This document shows positions 38,671-49,113 of a stretch of DNA of 64,000 bases, piece by piece (positions within the stretch are counted from its first letter, which is position 1; each line of letters opens with the position of its first letter). Made by a program: the position numbers and the translations under genes. The notes under the pieces are model-generated. The model saw only the letters and a program-made list of their open reading frames with translations. It was not told the DNA's origin and ran no database searches. The stretch is taken from IMG/VR virus record IMGVR_UViG_3300020185_000011. One strand, 5' to 3'. The stretch comes from a virus.

Positions 38671-39370
38671 ATTAGCATTCCCTACTGCTATATTTGAAAG
38701 AGATTTACTTGACAAAGAAAAGTATGGTAACGATGCTGTTACAATTGAATACATCGATTCTCTTAGAAATGAAATGGATGCATGGAGACAAAGAGACCCG
38801 AAGGGAAGGCAGATTTCAAATAGATATACTGGTTGGCAGTCGGAAGATGGTATAGAACAACATCCAAGTTTTGCAAAGATTATAAGATGTATTGAAGCTG
38901 CATTGAGAGAAGAGGTGCAGACATTCTTTGGAGTAAATCCAAATGCAGCCCAAATTAAAATAGACAACACATGGGCAAACATAAATGATAAAGGTGCGTG
39001 GAACACACCACACTTACATAATGGTTGTTGGTATAGTGGAGTATGTTATATACATGGTGACGGTGACGAGGGAGACCTCAATATGATTAATACCGATGCT
39101 AAAGTAGTTGCAGACCACCCATCTTTGCAACGACACCAAGAGAGTATTCAGTACCAACCTAAAACTGGAAGACTCATATTGTTTCCTAGTGGTGCAATGC
39201 ATATGGTAGAACCCAATCCCACAGACAAAGATAGATACTCAATCTCTTTCAATTGTAGAGTACAATACATTGGTAATCCCTCAGATGCAAGAAAACCGTG
39301 GAGAAACCCACCGCCTGAAGATGAATTTACTTTTGAATTAGATTCAAATGGCGACCCCATAATCAACTAG
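38660..39370 (+). CDS. 2OG-Fe(II) oxygenase, TIGR02466-like
   Basis: FPTAI, WANIN..G.WN.PHLH, SGVCY, G.LILFPS...H.VEPN....RYSISFN. Confidence 0.85.
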   Translation: MTVRLAFPTAIFERDLLDKEKYGNDAVTIEYIDSLRNEMDAWRQRDPKGRQISNRYTGWQSEDGIEQHPSFAKIIRCIEAALREEVQTFFGVNPNAAQIKIDNTWANINDKGAWNTPHLHNGCWYSGVCYIHGDGDEGDLNMINTDAKVVADHPSLQRHQESIQYQPKTGRLILFPSGAMHMVEPNPTDKDRYSISFNCRVQYIGNPSDARKPWRNPPPEDEFTFELDSNGDPIIN

Positions 39371-39387
39371 AAATTCTAAATAGTAGT

Positions 39388-39648
39388 ATGGAAATTACTA
39401 TTACACCTTATCTATTATGGAACCTCGTTACGGTATTCGTAATCGTACCCATTGGTTTTCTATTAAGAAGTTCATTATCAGAACTATCTAGGCTCTCAAT
39501 ACTAGTCAACAAGACTAGAGAAGAGATAGCAAAGGACTACGTCACAAGAGAAGAAATAGAACGTGATATGACCAAGTTACTTGACCAAATGAACCGTATT
39601 TCAGACAAAATAGATAAACTTACATCTAAGACTTATTTCCAAGAATAA
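39388..39648 (+). CDS. Small membrane protein with coiled coil
   Basis: N-terminal hydrophobic helix; TREEIAKDYVTR. Confidence 0.6.
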   Translation: MEITITPYLLWNLVTVFVIVPIGFLLRSSLSELSRLSILVNKTREEIAKDYVTREEIERDMTKLLDQMNRISDKIDKLTSKTYFQE

Positions 39649-39684
39649 AAAACGCATAAATAGTATTAAACAGGAAATACTATT

Positions 39685-40500
39685 ATGGCACAACCCAATT
39701 CAAAAGCAACCCTCAAAGAGTATGTGAAGAGAAAACTAGGCGCACCTGTGTTGGAAATCAACGTGGATGATGACCAGTTTGATGATAGAATTGATGAAGG
39801 ACTTCAATACTTTAGAGAATACTGCTATGATGGTAGTATCAAGTGTTATCTTAAGCACGAACTAACCCAAAATCAGATAGATTCATTCAAGACAAACGAA
39901 TCTCATTCTGCAGCTACGGCTGGTAGTCATGCTGTGGATAACCAAACTTACAAAGAGCAACAGAACTATCTTACCCTACCCGAACACGTATTATCCGTTT
40001 TAAACATTTTACCATTCAATGACAAACATAATCTAAACATGTTTGACTTAAGATATCAATTAAGACTAAACGATATGTATGACTTGACATCAACCAATGT
40101 CTTGTATTACGAGATGGTTCAACAGAACATTTCAATGATGGATAACATCCTAGTTGGAAGAACTCCAATTAGATACAATATGCATTCTAATAGATTGTAT
40201 CTAGATTTAGATGCAGATAGTCTTACAGCTGGTGAGTTCTTAATTATTGAGTGTTATAGAAAGATAGACCCAACCGACATGACAGATATCTATAATGATA
40301 TGTGGTTAAAGAAATACTGTACTGCATTAGTTAAGTATCAGTGGGGTGAAAACCTATCGAAGTTTTCGGGAATTGCATTGCCTGGCGGAGTTACATTAGA
40401 CGCTACACAGATGAAGTCCGAAGCACAAGAGGAAATTACAAGATTAGAAGAAGAGTCTAGACTGAATTTTGAAATGCCAGTCATGGACTTAATGGGATAA
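39685..40500 (+). CDS. gp13: Neck protein gp13
   Basis: RKLGAPVLEINVDDDQ..DRIDE, WLKKY.TAL.K.QWG.NLSKF.G..LPGGV. Confidence 0.92.
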   Translation: MAQPNSKATLKEYVKRKLGAPVLEINVDDDQFDDRIDEGLQYFREYCYDGSIKCYLKHELTQNQIDSFKTNESHSAATAGSHAVDNQTYKEQQNYLTLPEHVLSVLNILPFNDKHNLNMFDLRYQLRLNDMYDLTSTNVLYYEMVQQNISMMDNILVGRTPIRYNMHSNRLYLDLDADSLTAGEFLIIECYRKIDPTDMTDIYNDMWLKKYCTALVKYQWGENLSKFSGIALPGGVTLDATQMKSEAQEEITRLEEESRLNFEMPVMDLMG

Positions 40501-40504
40501 AAAC

Positions 40505-41368
40505 ATGCCGACAAATGTATTTTTTAACCATGCAGTTAATACTGAACAGATGTTATATGAAGACATCGTTGTTGAGTCACTTAGGATGTTTGGACACGAG
40601 ACGTATTATCTTCCAAGAGAGATTGTAGAAGAAGACACGATTCTTGGTGAAGATGTGCAGTCTAAATTTGGAGATGCGTACTCAGTAGAGATGTATCTAG
40701 AAAATACAGATGGATTTGAGGGTGATGGAGACCTCATGTCCAAGTTCGGTGTACAAGTAAGAGACCAAGCAACATTCGTTATATCCCTAAGAACATGGGA
40801 ACGATTCATTTCTCTAGATTCAAACCTTACAACATCATTGAGACCCAACGAGGGAGATTTAATTTACTTCCCTATGAGTGGTTCAATGTTTGAAATCAAA
40901 TTCGTAGAACACGAGAACCCATTCTATCAAGTTGGAAAACTATTCGTATTTAAACTACAGTGTGAATTGTTCGAATACAGTGGAGAGGATTTCGATACTG
41001 GAACAGTGGTAGACTTAGTGGAGAATGAACAAGCCTATACAATAGAAATGCAAGTTTCAAATACAAGTGGAGACTTTGTGATTCAAGAAGTTCTTAATTA
41101 TAGTGGAGCTGCAACAGGTGAAGTCATCGGTTGGACACCTGGCCCTACTGGGAATATCCGTAAACTTACTATCAAAGATGTTACTAGAACGCTTGCAGTT
41201 GGTGACACCCTAGTTGGTGCATCAAGTGGTAAGACAGTGGTCATAGAATCGATTACAGATGTGCTAACGTTTGCTAATGACGGTGATGCACAGAATAAAG
41301 ACTTTGAAGACAAGGCAGATGGATACTTAGACTTCTCAGAGACAAACCCATTCGGTGAGGTCACATAA
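40505..41368 (+). CDS. gp14: Neck protein gp14
   Basis: YYLPRE, RPNEGDLIYFP, FEIKFVEHENPFYQ.GK, DFSETNPFG. Confidence 0.92.
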   Translation: MPTNVFFNHAVNTEQMLYEDIVVESLRMFGHETYYLPREIVEEDTILGEDVQSKFGDAYSVEMYLENTDGFEGDGDLMSKFGVQVRDQATFVISLRTWERFISLDSNLTTSLRPNEGDLIYFPMSGSMFEIKFVEHENPFYQVGKLFVFKLQCELFEYSGEDFDTGTVVDLVENEQAYTIEMQVSNTSGDFVIQEVLNYSGAATGEVIGWTPGPTGNIRKLTIKDVTRTLAVGDTLVGASSGKTVVIESITDVLTFANDGDAQNKDFEDKADGYLDFSETNPFGEVT

Positions 41369-42441
41369 TGTTCGGTACCTATTTTTATAATGAAACTTTC
41401 AAACGAGCAGTATCCATTTTTGGAACACTGTTCAATAACATTACAATTAAGAAAACCAAATCAGATGGTACAGTTCTAACAGAACAAAAGGTACCAATAT
41501 CATACGGGCCAAAACAAAAGTTCTTACAAAGACTAGCAGAAGATGCTGACCTTGGTGATGGTATGAGAACTGCAATTAGTATGCCTAGACTTGCATTCGA
41601 ACTTACAGGGTTTGAATATGATGCATCTAGACAACAAAACAAACTAATACGTCATTCTAAATCCGATTTGGAAAGTTCAGATACAGGAAAGAGAGGATTT
41701 CAGTATCAACCAGCACCATATAATTTAACATTTAATCTATCAATTCTTGCAAAGAACATGAATGATGCACTACAAATAGTAGAACAAATACTACCATATT
41801 TCCAACCCGAATATACGGTTACTATGAAGATGATTGATTCTATGACAGACCATAGAGATGTTCCAATTATTCTAAGTACCGTATCAATGGAAGACCAATA
41901 CGAAGGTACGTTCGAAGAAAGACGTGTTATAGAATACACATTGGAGTTTCAGATGAAACTGTACTTCTTCGGCCCAGTATATACTGGTGAAATTATTAAG
42001 AATGTTATCGAAAGAACATACATATCAGACGGAGTGCAAGGACAAGTTAAGACTGCAAGTGGTCTATTCACTACCAGTGAAATAGAAGATAGTGGATTGG
42101 TTAAAGAGGTCAAATCATATGAACCTGCTTTTGCAGCTGTTTCAAATGCAGTATCTTCGTCCACCACAATAACATTCCCAACAGCAATAAATACAAAGAT
42201 AAGTGTAAACGATGAAGTGTTCGGTACTAATTTAGGAACGAATCCAACTATATCCTCTATTGCTGAGGATAGATTGAGTATTGTAGTATCAAGTGCAGTG
42301 ACACTAGATGCAAAAACCAATCTTAAGTTTGTTGGGTCGGTTAATCCCAATGACACCTTTGTTGTTGCAGAGACAGTAACGTTTTATGATGATGGTTCTA
42401 CTAGAAGTTTTGCAGGCGATAGGACTACAGATGCGAGTTAA
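41368..42441 (+). CDS. gp15: Tail sheath stabiliser/completion gp15
   Basis: FGTLFNNI, VPISYGPKQKFL.RL, LQIVEQILPYFQP. Confidence 0.92.
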   Translation: MFGTYFYNETFKRAVSIFGTLFNNITIKKTKSDGTVLTEQKVPISYGPKQKFLQRLAEDADLGDGMRTAISMPRLAFELTGFEYDASRQQNKLIRHSKSDLESSDTGKRGFQYQPAPYNLTFNLSILAKNMNDALQIVEQILPYFQPEYTVTMKMIDSMTDHRDVPIILSTVSMEDQYEGTFEERRVIEYTLEFQMKLYFFGPVYTGEIIKNVIERTYISDGVQGQVKTASGLFTTSEIEDSGLVKEVKSYEPAFAAVSNAVSSSTTITFPTAINTKISVNDEVFGTNLGTNPTISSIAEDRLSIVVSSAVTLDAKTNLKFVGSVNPNDTFVVAETVTFYDDGSTRSFAGDRTTDAS

Positions 42442-42443
42442 TA

Positions 42444-42863
42444 ATGGCAAAAGATACGATAGATAAACAGTTAGATGATATCCTAGATATCAACACTGAA
42501 ATCAAACAAGAGGTAGAGATACTTCCTAAACAACTTCCCACTACTAAAGACAGGGGAGAATCCATAGTAAACGATTACAAATATGCTCGTGAAAACTTGT
42601 ATGGTTTAGTAGAGCGTGGACAAGATGCAATCGATGGTATATTGGATGTTGCAAAAGAAACGGAACATCCACGTGCATACGAAGTTGCTGGGCAGCTTCT
42701 GAAAACAGTCGGTGATACTGCAGAAAAACTTTTAGACCTACAGAAGAAAATTAAAGAATTAGAAAAGGACGAAGAAGGTCAGAAAATTGGTACACAACAC
42801 AATCACCTATACGTAGGTTCAACTTCAGAACTACAAAAGTTTCTAAAAAAGAATAAAGAATAA
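42444..42863 (+). CDS. gp16: Terminase small subunit gp16
   Basis: DYKYARENLY, HPRAYEVAGQL, VGSTSELQK. Confidence 0.92.
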   Translation: MAKDTIDKQLDDILDINTEIKQEVEILPKQLPTTKDRGESIVNDYKYARENLYGLVERGQDAIDGILDVAKETEHPRAYEVAGQLLKTVGDTAEKLLDLQKKIKELEKDEEGQKIGTQHNHLYVGSTSELQKFLKKNKE

Positions 42864-44449
42864 TGGTACAACCAACAAATGAGGGGTACTTAGGTAATAA
42901 TCTCATCAAGAGAGCTGGGATTGATATCCAGTATACTAAAGAAGAACTTGCAGAATACGTCAAGTGTTCTGAAGACCCTTGTCATTTCATTGAAAACTAC
43001 ACACAGATTATCTCACTAGATGAAGGTATGGTGCCATTCAAACTCCGTGGTTATCAAGACAAACTTATAAATCACTACAACACCAATCGATTCAATGTAG
43101 TTCTTGCATCACGTCAGAGTGGTAAGTCAATCACATCATGTGCATACTTATTGTGGTATCTAGTATTTCATCCCGAGGTTACTGTAGCGGTTCTTGCAAA
43201 CAAAGGTGCAATTGCAAGAGAGATGATTGCACGTATTGTTACCATGCTAGAATCAGTTCCATTTTTCCTTCAACCAGGCGTGAAGATTCTTAACAAAGGG
43301 TCAATTGAATTTGCAAATGATAGTAAAGTGGTTGCAGCTGCGACATCTTCAAGTTCGATTCGTGGTATGTCTATTAACTTACTATATCTAGATGAGTTTG
43401 CATTCGTAGAAGACGCTGCAACTTTCTATACTGCAACATATCCAGTGGTAACATCGGGTAAAGAGTCTAAGGTCATCATTACCTCTACTGCAAACGGTGT
43501 TGGTAATATGTTTCATAAAATATATGAGAGTGCAGTACACGGACAATCAGAGTACAAAGACTTTCTTATTAACTGGTTTGATGTGCCAGGCCGAGATGAT
43601 GAATGGAAAGAACAGACTATTGCAAACACATCTGAAGCACAGTTTGAACAAGAGTATGGTAACTCATTCCTAGGAACTGGTAATACTCTTATTAATAGTA
43701 ATACACTATTGGAGATGAAAGCAGTTGACGGAGAGTATGAAAAGGATGGTTTTGTTATGTATGATAGACCAGTAGAAGGTCACGAATACATCTGTACAGT
43801 TGATGTTGCGAAGGGTAGAGGAATGGATTGGTCGACTTTTAGTATATTCGATGTTTCCACACAGCCGTTCAAACAGGTTGCTGTGTATCGAGACAATATG
43901 ATAAGTCCTCTTCTCTTCCCCGATATTATAAATAAGTTTGTAACACCTTACAATAAACCAATTGTAATAATTGAGAATAATAACGAAGGTGCTATGGTGG
44001 CAAATCAATTACACTATGATATCGAGTACGAGAACGTCTTTACTCAAGGTTTTGCAAAAGCAGAAGACATTGGTGTCACAATGTCGAGAAAGATTAAACG
44101 TATCGGTTGTTCTACAATGAAAGAGTTGTTGGAAGAACATAGATTGGAGTTGGTAGATAGACCTACAATCACTGAACTTATGACCTTCATAAATAAAGGT
44201 ACTAGTTTCGAAGCTGATAGAGGTTATCACGATGACATGGTAATGAATGTTGTCATGTTTAGTTGGTTTATCACCACAGAATATTTTTATCACTTGACAG
44301 ATACACAAGTTAAAGACTTGTTATATGCAGAACAACAGAAGATTATTCAAGACGACTTGCTTCCAGCAGGAGTATTTGGAGAACCAACTGAACAGGCTGC
44401 ATCGTTTGTAGACAATGAAGGTGATAGATGGTATCACAAAAACATGTAG
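42863..44449 (+). CDS. gp17: Terminase large subunit gp17
   Basis: SRQSGKS Walker A, LYLDEFAF, STANG, DVAKGRG.D.S, HDD.VM. Confidence 0.95.
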   Translation: MVQPTNEGYLGNNLIKRAGIDIQYTKEELAEYVKCSEDPCHFIENYTQIISLDEGMVPFKLRGYQDKLINHYNTNRFNVVLASRQSGKSITSCAYLLWYLVFHPEVTVAVLANKGAIAREMIARIVTMLESVPFFLQPGVKILNKGSIEFANDSKVVAAATSSSSIRGMSINLLYLDEFAFVEDAATFYTATYPVVTSGKESKVIITSTANGVGNMFHKIYESAVHGQSEYKDFLINWFDVPGRDDEWKEQTIANTSEAQFEQEYGNSFLGTGNTLINSNTLLEMKAVDGEYEKDGFVMYDRPVEGHEYICTVDVAKGRGMDWSTFSIFDVSTQPFKQVAVYRDNMISPLLFPDIINKFVTPYNKPIVIIENNNEGAMVANQLHYDIEYENVFTQGFAKAEDIGVTMSRKIKRIGCSTMKELLEEHRLELVDRPTITELMTFINKGTSFEADRGYHDDMVMNVVMFSWFITTEYFYHLTDTQVKDLLYAEQQKIIQDDLLPAGVFGEPTEQAASFVDNEGDRWYHKNM

Positions 44450-44532
44450 TAATAGTAATAATGCTATTAGTAGGAAATTAAAAGTTATAAATAAAACAGT
44501 AAACAACTTTTTACATTAACAGGAGAAAAAGT

Positions 44533-46527
44533 ATGGCATTTCAAGTATCACCAGGCGTACAGGTCAAAGAAGTTGACCTTACAAATGTTGTACCAGCAGT
44601 ATCAAGCACAAGTGGTGCTTTCGCTGGTTCATTTCAATGGGGCCCTGTTGATGAAGTAAAGACAGTTTCAGACGCAAAGGGTTTAGTCGATGAGTTTTCA
44701 GAACCAGCTAATACTAACGCTGGAGCAGAAGACTTCTATTCAGCAGAAGCATTTTTAAGGTATGGTTCATCTTTAAGAGTAGTAAGAGTTAACTCCACAG
44801 GTTTGTTAAGTGCAAACGGTGCTGGGTCAACTGCTTCATTACTTAAAAATCATGACGAATACGTACAATCATATGAGAGTGGAGCTCTCAATGGAACAGT
44901 AGGTCAATGGATTGCAAGATGTCCAGGCGCATTAGGTAACTCAATTAAGGTTTCAGTATGTGCTTCATCCGATGCATATTACAATGATGCAGCGACTACA
45001 ACTAGTGGAGAAGAGGCAGCTGGTCAAACAGTTATTACTCTTGCAGCTGGTGGTGGTGTATTATTGAAAGTAAGAGACATCGTCACATTCGGTGCAGTCA
45101 CACAACAGTACAGAATTACAGCAATCAACACAGACAACATCACAGTCGAAGCATTAAATCAACCAGTAGGAACAGGACTAATTGCTACAGTGGCAAGTGG
45201 AACAGCAGTCAATAGATACTGGGAATTTTATGCATCTTTCGACAAAGCTCCAGGCAAGAGTGCATCTGCACTTGCAGCTGGTGGTTCAAATGACGAAATG
45301 CACGTTGTAGTTGCAGATGAAGATGGAACAATCAGTGGAACACCTCACAGCATCTTAGAAACATATGCATTCGTGTCAATGGCATCAGATGCAAAAGATT
45401 CTGCAAACAATTCAAACTATTATAAGAAAGTAATCGGTAACAAATCTGAATGGGTATACTGGAGTGGACATAATACATCTATTATAACACCAGCAAACCA
45501 AGACAGAACTCACCTAGCATCTGCTACAACATCTTTCTTATTCCCAACATTACCAGCAACTACTTCACTAAGTGGTGGTGCAAATGGAAGAACTCCAACT
45601 GCAGCTCAGAAGTACGGTGCATGGGAAGACCATTTCAAAGATGGGGATTTACATGACATCTCATTCTTGATTGTTGGTTCAACAAGAACTGATAACGGTT
45701 TGGGTGTCGACCAAGATACAATTGCAGACTGGACAACACTTGCTAACCAAGCAGTATTAGTTGCAGAAAATAGAAAGGATTGTATTGCAATCGTTTCTCC
45801 AAGACGTGCAGACGTTGTTGGTGTTACTTCAGAGTCAACACAAGCAACTAACGTCATTACAACTGCAAATACAATGTCTTCAAGTTCATATGCCGTAATC
45901 GACAGCGGTTGGACATACCAGTATGACCGATTCAATGATAAGTACTGTTACGTACCAGCTAATGGTCACACAGCAGGCATCATGGCAAGGTCAGACCTTC
46001 TTAGAGATGCATGGTTCTCACCAGCAGGATTCTCTAGAGGACAATACCTAGGTATCACAAAACTTGCATTCAATCCTTCACAATCATCAAGAGATGACTT
46101 GTACAGAGCAAGAGTTAACCCAGTAGTAACATTCCCAGGCCAAGGTACAATCCTTTATGGTGATAAGACTGCATTAACAAGTCCTTCTGCATTCGACAGA
46201 ATCAATGTAAGAAGACTGTTCATCGTCCTAGAAAAGGCAATATCAACTGCAGCTAAATCACAACTCTTTGAATTCAACGATGCATTCACAAGAGCTCAAT
46301 TTAGAGCAGCTGTTGAACCTTTCTTAAGAGATGTTAAAAACAGAAGAGGACTAGTAGATTTCTCAGTAGTTTGTGACGAAACAAACAACACTGATTCAGT
46401 CATCGATAGAAACGAATTTGTATGTTCTATCTTTGTGAAACCTTCTAGAAGTATTAACTTTATCACTCTTAACTTCGTGGCTGCAAGGTCGGGGGTTGAG
46501 TTTAGTGAAATATATGGTGCAGTTTAA
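44533..46527 (+). CDS. gp18: Tail sheath protein gp18
   Basis: SPGVQVKEVDLT, WFSPAGFSRG, FDRINVRRLF, SINFITLNFVA. Confidence 0.95.
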   Translation: MAFQVSPGVQVKEVDLTNVVPAVSSTSGAFAGSFQWGPVDEVKTVSDAKGLVDEFSEPANTNAGAEDFYSAEAFLRYGSSLRVVRVNSTGLLSANGAGSTASLLKNHDEYVQSYESGALNGTVGQWIARCPGALGNSIKVSVCASSDAYYNDAATTTSGEEAAGQTVITLAAGGGVLLKVRDIVTFGAVTQQYRITAINTDNITVEALNQPVGTGLIATVASGTAVNRYWEFYASFDKAPGKSASALAAGGSNDEMHVVVADEDGTISGTPHSILETYAFVSMASDAKDSANNSNYYKKVIGNKSEWVYWSGHNTSIITPANQDRTHLASATTSFLFPTLPATTSLSGGANGRTPTAAQKYGAWEDHFKDGDLHDISFLIVGSTRTDNGLGVDQDTIADWTTLANQAVLVAENRKDCIAIVSPRRADVVGVTSESTQATNVITTANTMSSSSYAVIDSGWTYQYDRFNDKYCYVPANGHTAGIMARSDLLRDAWFSPAGFSRGQYLGITKLAFNPSQSSRDDLYRARVNPVVTFPGQGTILYGDKTALTSPSAFDRINVRRLFIVLEKAISTAAKSQLFEFNDAFTRAQFRAAVEPFLRDVKNRRGLVDFSVVCDETNNTDSVIDRNEFVCSIFVKPSRSINFITLNFVAARSGVEFSEIYGAV

Positions 46528-46538
46528 GGAGATAAAAC

Positions 46539-47036
46539 ATGGCAACAATAGACCAATTTAAAGCACAACTAGTCGGTGGTGGCCCAAGAGCTAACCGATT
46601 TAGAGTATTCCTACCTAGAGCTGGTAACAATATCGAGTTCATGTGTAAGGGTGCAAACATCCCAGCAGGAACTTTAGGCGAAGTCATCATTCCTTTTAGA
46701 GGACATAACCTTAAACTAGCAGGAGAACGTACTTTTGCAGACTGGTCAATAACCATCATCAATGACATGGAATTTTCAGCAAGAACTGCTCTAGAAGCAT
46801 GGCAGACTGAAATTCAAGCAATGGACAGTGGTGAAGGTGCTACAACAACGGACTACTTATTAAGTAGAGCATTTGTAGAACAGTTAAACAAAGACGACTC
46901 TGTACTAGCGAGATATGAGTTCTTCAACATGTTCCCTAAAAACATCGGTGAAATAACATTAGGTTATGACACAGTAGATGCAGTAGAGGAATTTACAGTT
47001 GATTTGACCTTCTCTCACTGGGAAAGAGTTCTTTAA
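46539..47036 (+). CDS. gp19: Tail tube protein gp19
   Basis: GGPRANRF, FRG..LKLAGERTF.DW..TIIND, EEFTV. Confidence 0.92.
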   Translation: MATIDQFKAQLVGGGPRANRFRVFLPRAGNNIEFMCKGANIPAGTLGEVIIPFRGHNLKLAGERTFADWSITIINDMEFSARTALEAWQTEIQAMDSGEGATTTDYLLSRAFVEQLNKDDSVLARYEFFNMFPKNIGEITLGYDTVDAVEEFTVDLTFSHWERVL

Positions 47037-47078
47037 GAACAGTGAATAACACCACTTTAAGGTGGTATAAATAATAGT

Positions 47079-48617
47079 ATGGAATTTTTAGGATTTGAAA
47101 TATCCCGTAAAAGGGATGAACTAAGAGCGAAGGAGTTGCCGAAGGCACCTTCTTTCGTTCCACCAGTTGACGATGACGGTACGCCCGTCATTCAACAACA
47201 AAGTGGTTTCGTGGGTGGTGGAGCATACGGTGCTTACATCGACATGGAAGGTGGTATCAAGAATGAGGCAGAACTCATTCGTAGATATCGTGAAGTATCT
47301 TTGGTGCCAGAATGTGATTCTGCAATCGAAGATATAGTTAATGAGTGTATCACATCGGATAGTTCTGATAGGATAGTCACACTCGACCTCAGAGATGTTA
47401 AACTCTCTGATAGTATCAAAACAAAGATACAAAACGAGTTTTACAACATCCTATCAATGATGAAGTTCAATCAGAACTCTCATGAAATTTTCCGAAAATG
47501 GTACGTAGATGGAAGGGTATACTTCCATAAGGTCGTTAACGCTAAAAATCCTAAAGGCGGAATAGTAGATTTAAGAAACATTGACCCTATTAAAATTAAG
47601 AAGGTCAGAAACATTGAGAAAGAAAGAGACCCCAAGACTAAGGTCGAAAGGATTTCTAAGATAGAAGAGTTTTTCGTTTTCAATGATAAGGGATTTGATA
47701 AATCCAGTGCAGCTGAAGGAAACACTGTACGAATTGCACCCGAGGCAGTTACATATACGACTTCGGGATTACTTGACTACACTAAGAATGTAGTCATCGG
47801 GTATCTGCACAAGGCATTGAAGACTGCAAATCAGTTATCAATGATGGAAGATGCACTTGTTATCTATAGGATATCAAGAGCTCCCGAAAGAAGAATATTC
47901 TACATTGACGTAGGTAACCTTCCAAAGGCAAAGGCAGAACAGTATCTTGCTGATGTAATGAACCGATACAAGAACAAGTTGGTTTATAATGCAGATACAG
48001 GTGAAATCAAAGATGATAGAAAACATATGAGTATGTTAGAAGATTTTTGGTTACCTAGAAGAGAAGGTGGTAGAGGAACAGAGATTACTACATTGCCAGG
48101 CGGACAAAACCTAGCAGATATAGATGATATAGAATACTTTAAGAAGAAGTTATATCAGTCTCTTAATGTACCATCATCTAGAATGGAAGCAGACAATGGG
48201 TTTAACATGGGTCGTGCTTCAGAGATTTCTAGAGATGAACTTAAGTTTAATAAGTTCACAAACAGACTTCAGAAGAAGTTTGGAAGAGTTTTTACAGATA
48301 TTCTTAAGACACAATTAGTACTTAAGGAAATTGTAACAGGAGAAGAGTTCGATAAATTCAAGGACTTTCTCTTGTATGATTATGCAACCGACAACCATTT
48401 TACAGAGTTGAAGGATGCAGAAATTTTAAGAGAGAGACTAGATACTCTCTCACAGGCAGCTGACTATGTTGGTAAATACTATTCAGACGAGTATGTTAGA
48501 AAGTATATACTGAGACAGACAGAAGAAGATATCCGTATCATTGACCAACAGATTAAAGATGAAGGTGGCAATGAAGATGGTGGTAACGAAGACGATGACG
48601 ACTTCGGTGGTTTTTAG
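47079..48617 (+). CDS. gp20: Portal protein gp20
   Basis: WYVDGR, IYRISRAPERRIFYIDVGNLPK.KAEQY, EDFWLPRREGGRGTEITTLPGGQNL. Confidence 0.96.
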   Translation: MEFLGFEISRKRDELRAKELPKAPSFVPPVDDDGTPVIQQQSGFVGGGAYGAYIDMEGGIKNEAELIRRYREVSLVPECDSAIEDIVNECITSDSSDRIVTLDLRDVKLSDSIKTKIQNEFYNILSMMKFNQNSHEIFRKWYVDGRVYFHKVVNAKNPKGGIVDLRNIDPIKIKKVRNIEKERDPKTKVERISKIEEFFVFNDKGFDKSSAAEGNTVRIAPEAVTYTTSGLLDYTKNVVIGYLHKALKTANQLSMMEDALVIYRISRAPERRIFYIDVGNLPKAKAEQYLADVMNRYKNKLVYNADTGEIKDDRKHMSMLEDFWLPRREGGRGTEITTLPGGQNLADIDDIEYFKKKLYQSLNVPSSRMEADNGFNMGRASEISRDELKFNKFTNRLQKKFGRVFTDILKTQLVLKEIVTGEEFDKFKDFLLYDYATDNHFTELKDAEILRERLDTLSQAADYVGKYYSDEYVRKYILRQTEEDIRIIDQQIKDEGGNEDGGNEDDDDFGGF

Positions 48618-48626
48618 GAGTAAATT

Positions 48627-48803
48627 ATGAGTAGTGAAATATCAAAACAAATCGTTGACCAAATAGAAGCAGGTCAACTTGAAGCTGCAAAAGGTTCTAT
48701 CGGTGATGGAATTAAGAAAGCAGCTGCAGATGCAGTAGACATGAAGAGAGTTAATGCTCAAGTCGACTGGATGAATACACCACAGGAACCTACAGGAGAG
48801 TAA
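48627..48803 (+). CDS. Small prohead core protein (gp67 position), 58 aa
   Basis: Not in the ORF track; AGGAG RBS, MSSEISKQIVDQIEAG...; syntenic after the portal gene. Confidence 0.6.
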   Translation: MSSEISKQIVDQIEAGQLEAAKGSIGDGIKKAAADAVDMKRVNAQVDWMNTPQEPTGE

Positions 48804-48804
48804 G

Positions 48805-49113
48805 GTGAAGTCATTTAGAACAGTACAATCTGAGTTGAACGAGGCAAAACTAAAATTGCCTAGTGGTTCAAAGGAGCTCAAGGTTGATGTTTTAAAGATT
48901 GGTGGAAAGAAAGTTTCAGTTTCTTTTGTACAGAATAAAAGAAATAAAGTAGATGTTTATATGGATGGGAATTTGTTTAGTGGTGATTCACCTTACAAAG
49001 ATTTGAAATCTGCTGAAAAAGAGATGAAAGACATTAGAAAGATTATGTCAAACATGTCTGAAGAAGGAATAAACATAGAGGAAATAATACATGAAATTAA
49101 TATCAGAGTATAA
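48805..49113 (+). CDS. Prohead core protein (gp68 position)
   Basis: Between portal and gp21; MKSF..LNEA N-terminus. Confidence 0.55.
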   Translation: MKSFRTVQSELNEAKLKLPSGSKELKVDVLKIGGKKVSVSFVQNKRNKVDVYMDGNLFSGDSPYKDLKSAEKEMKDIRKIMSNMSEEGINIEEIIHEINIRV

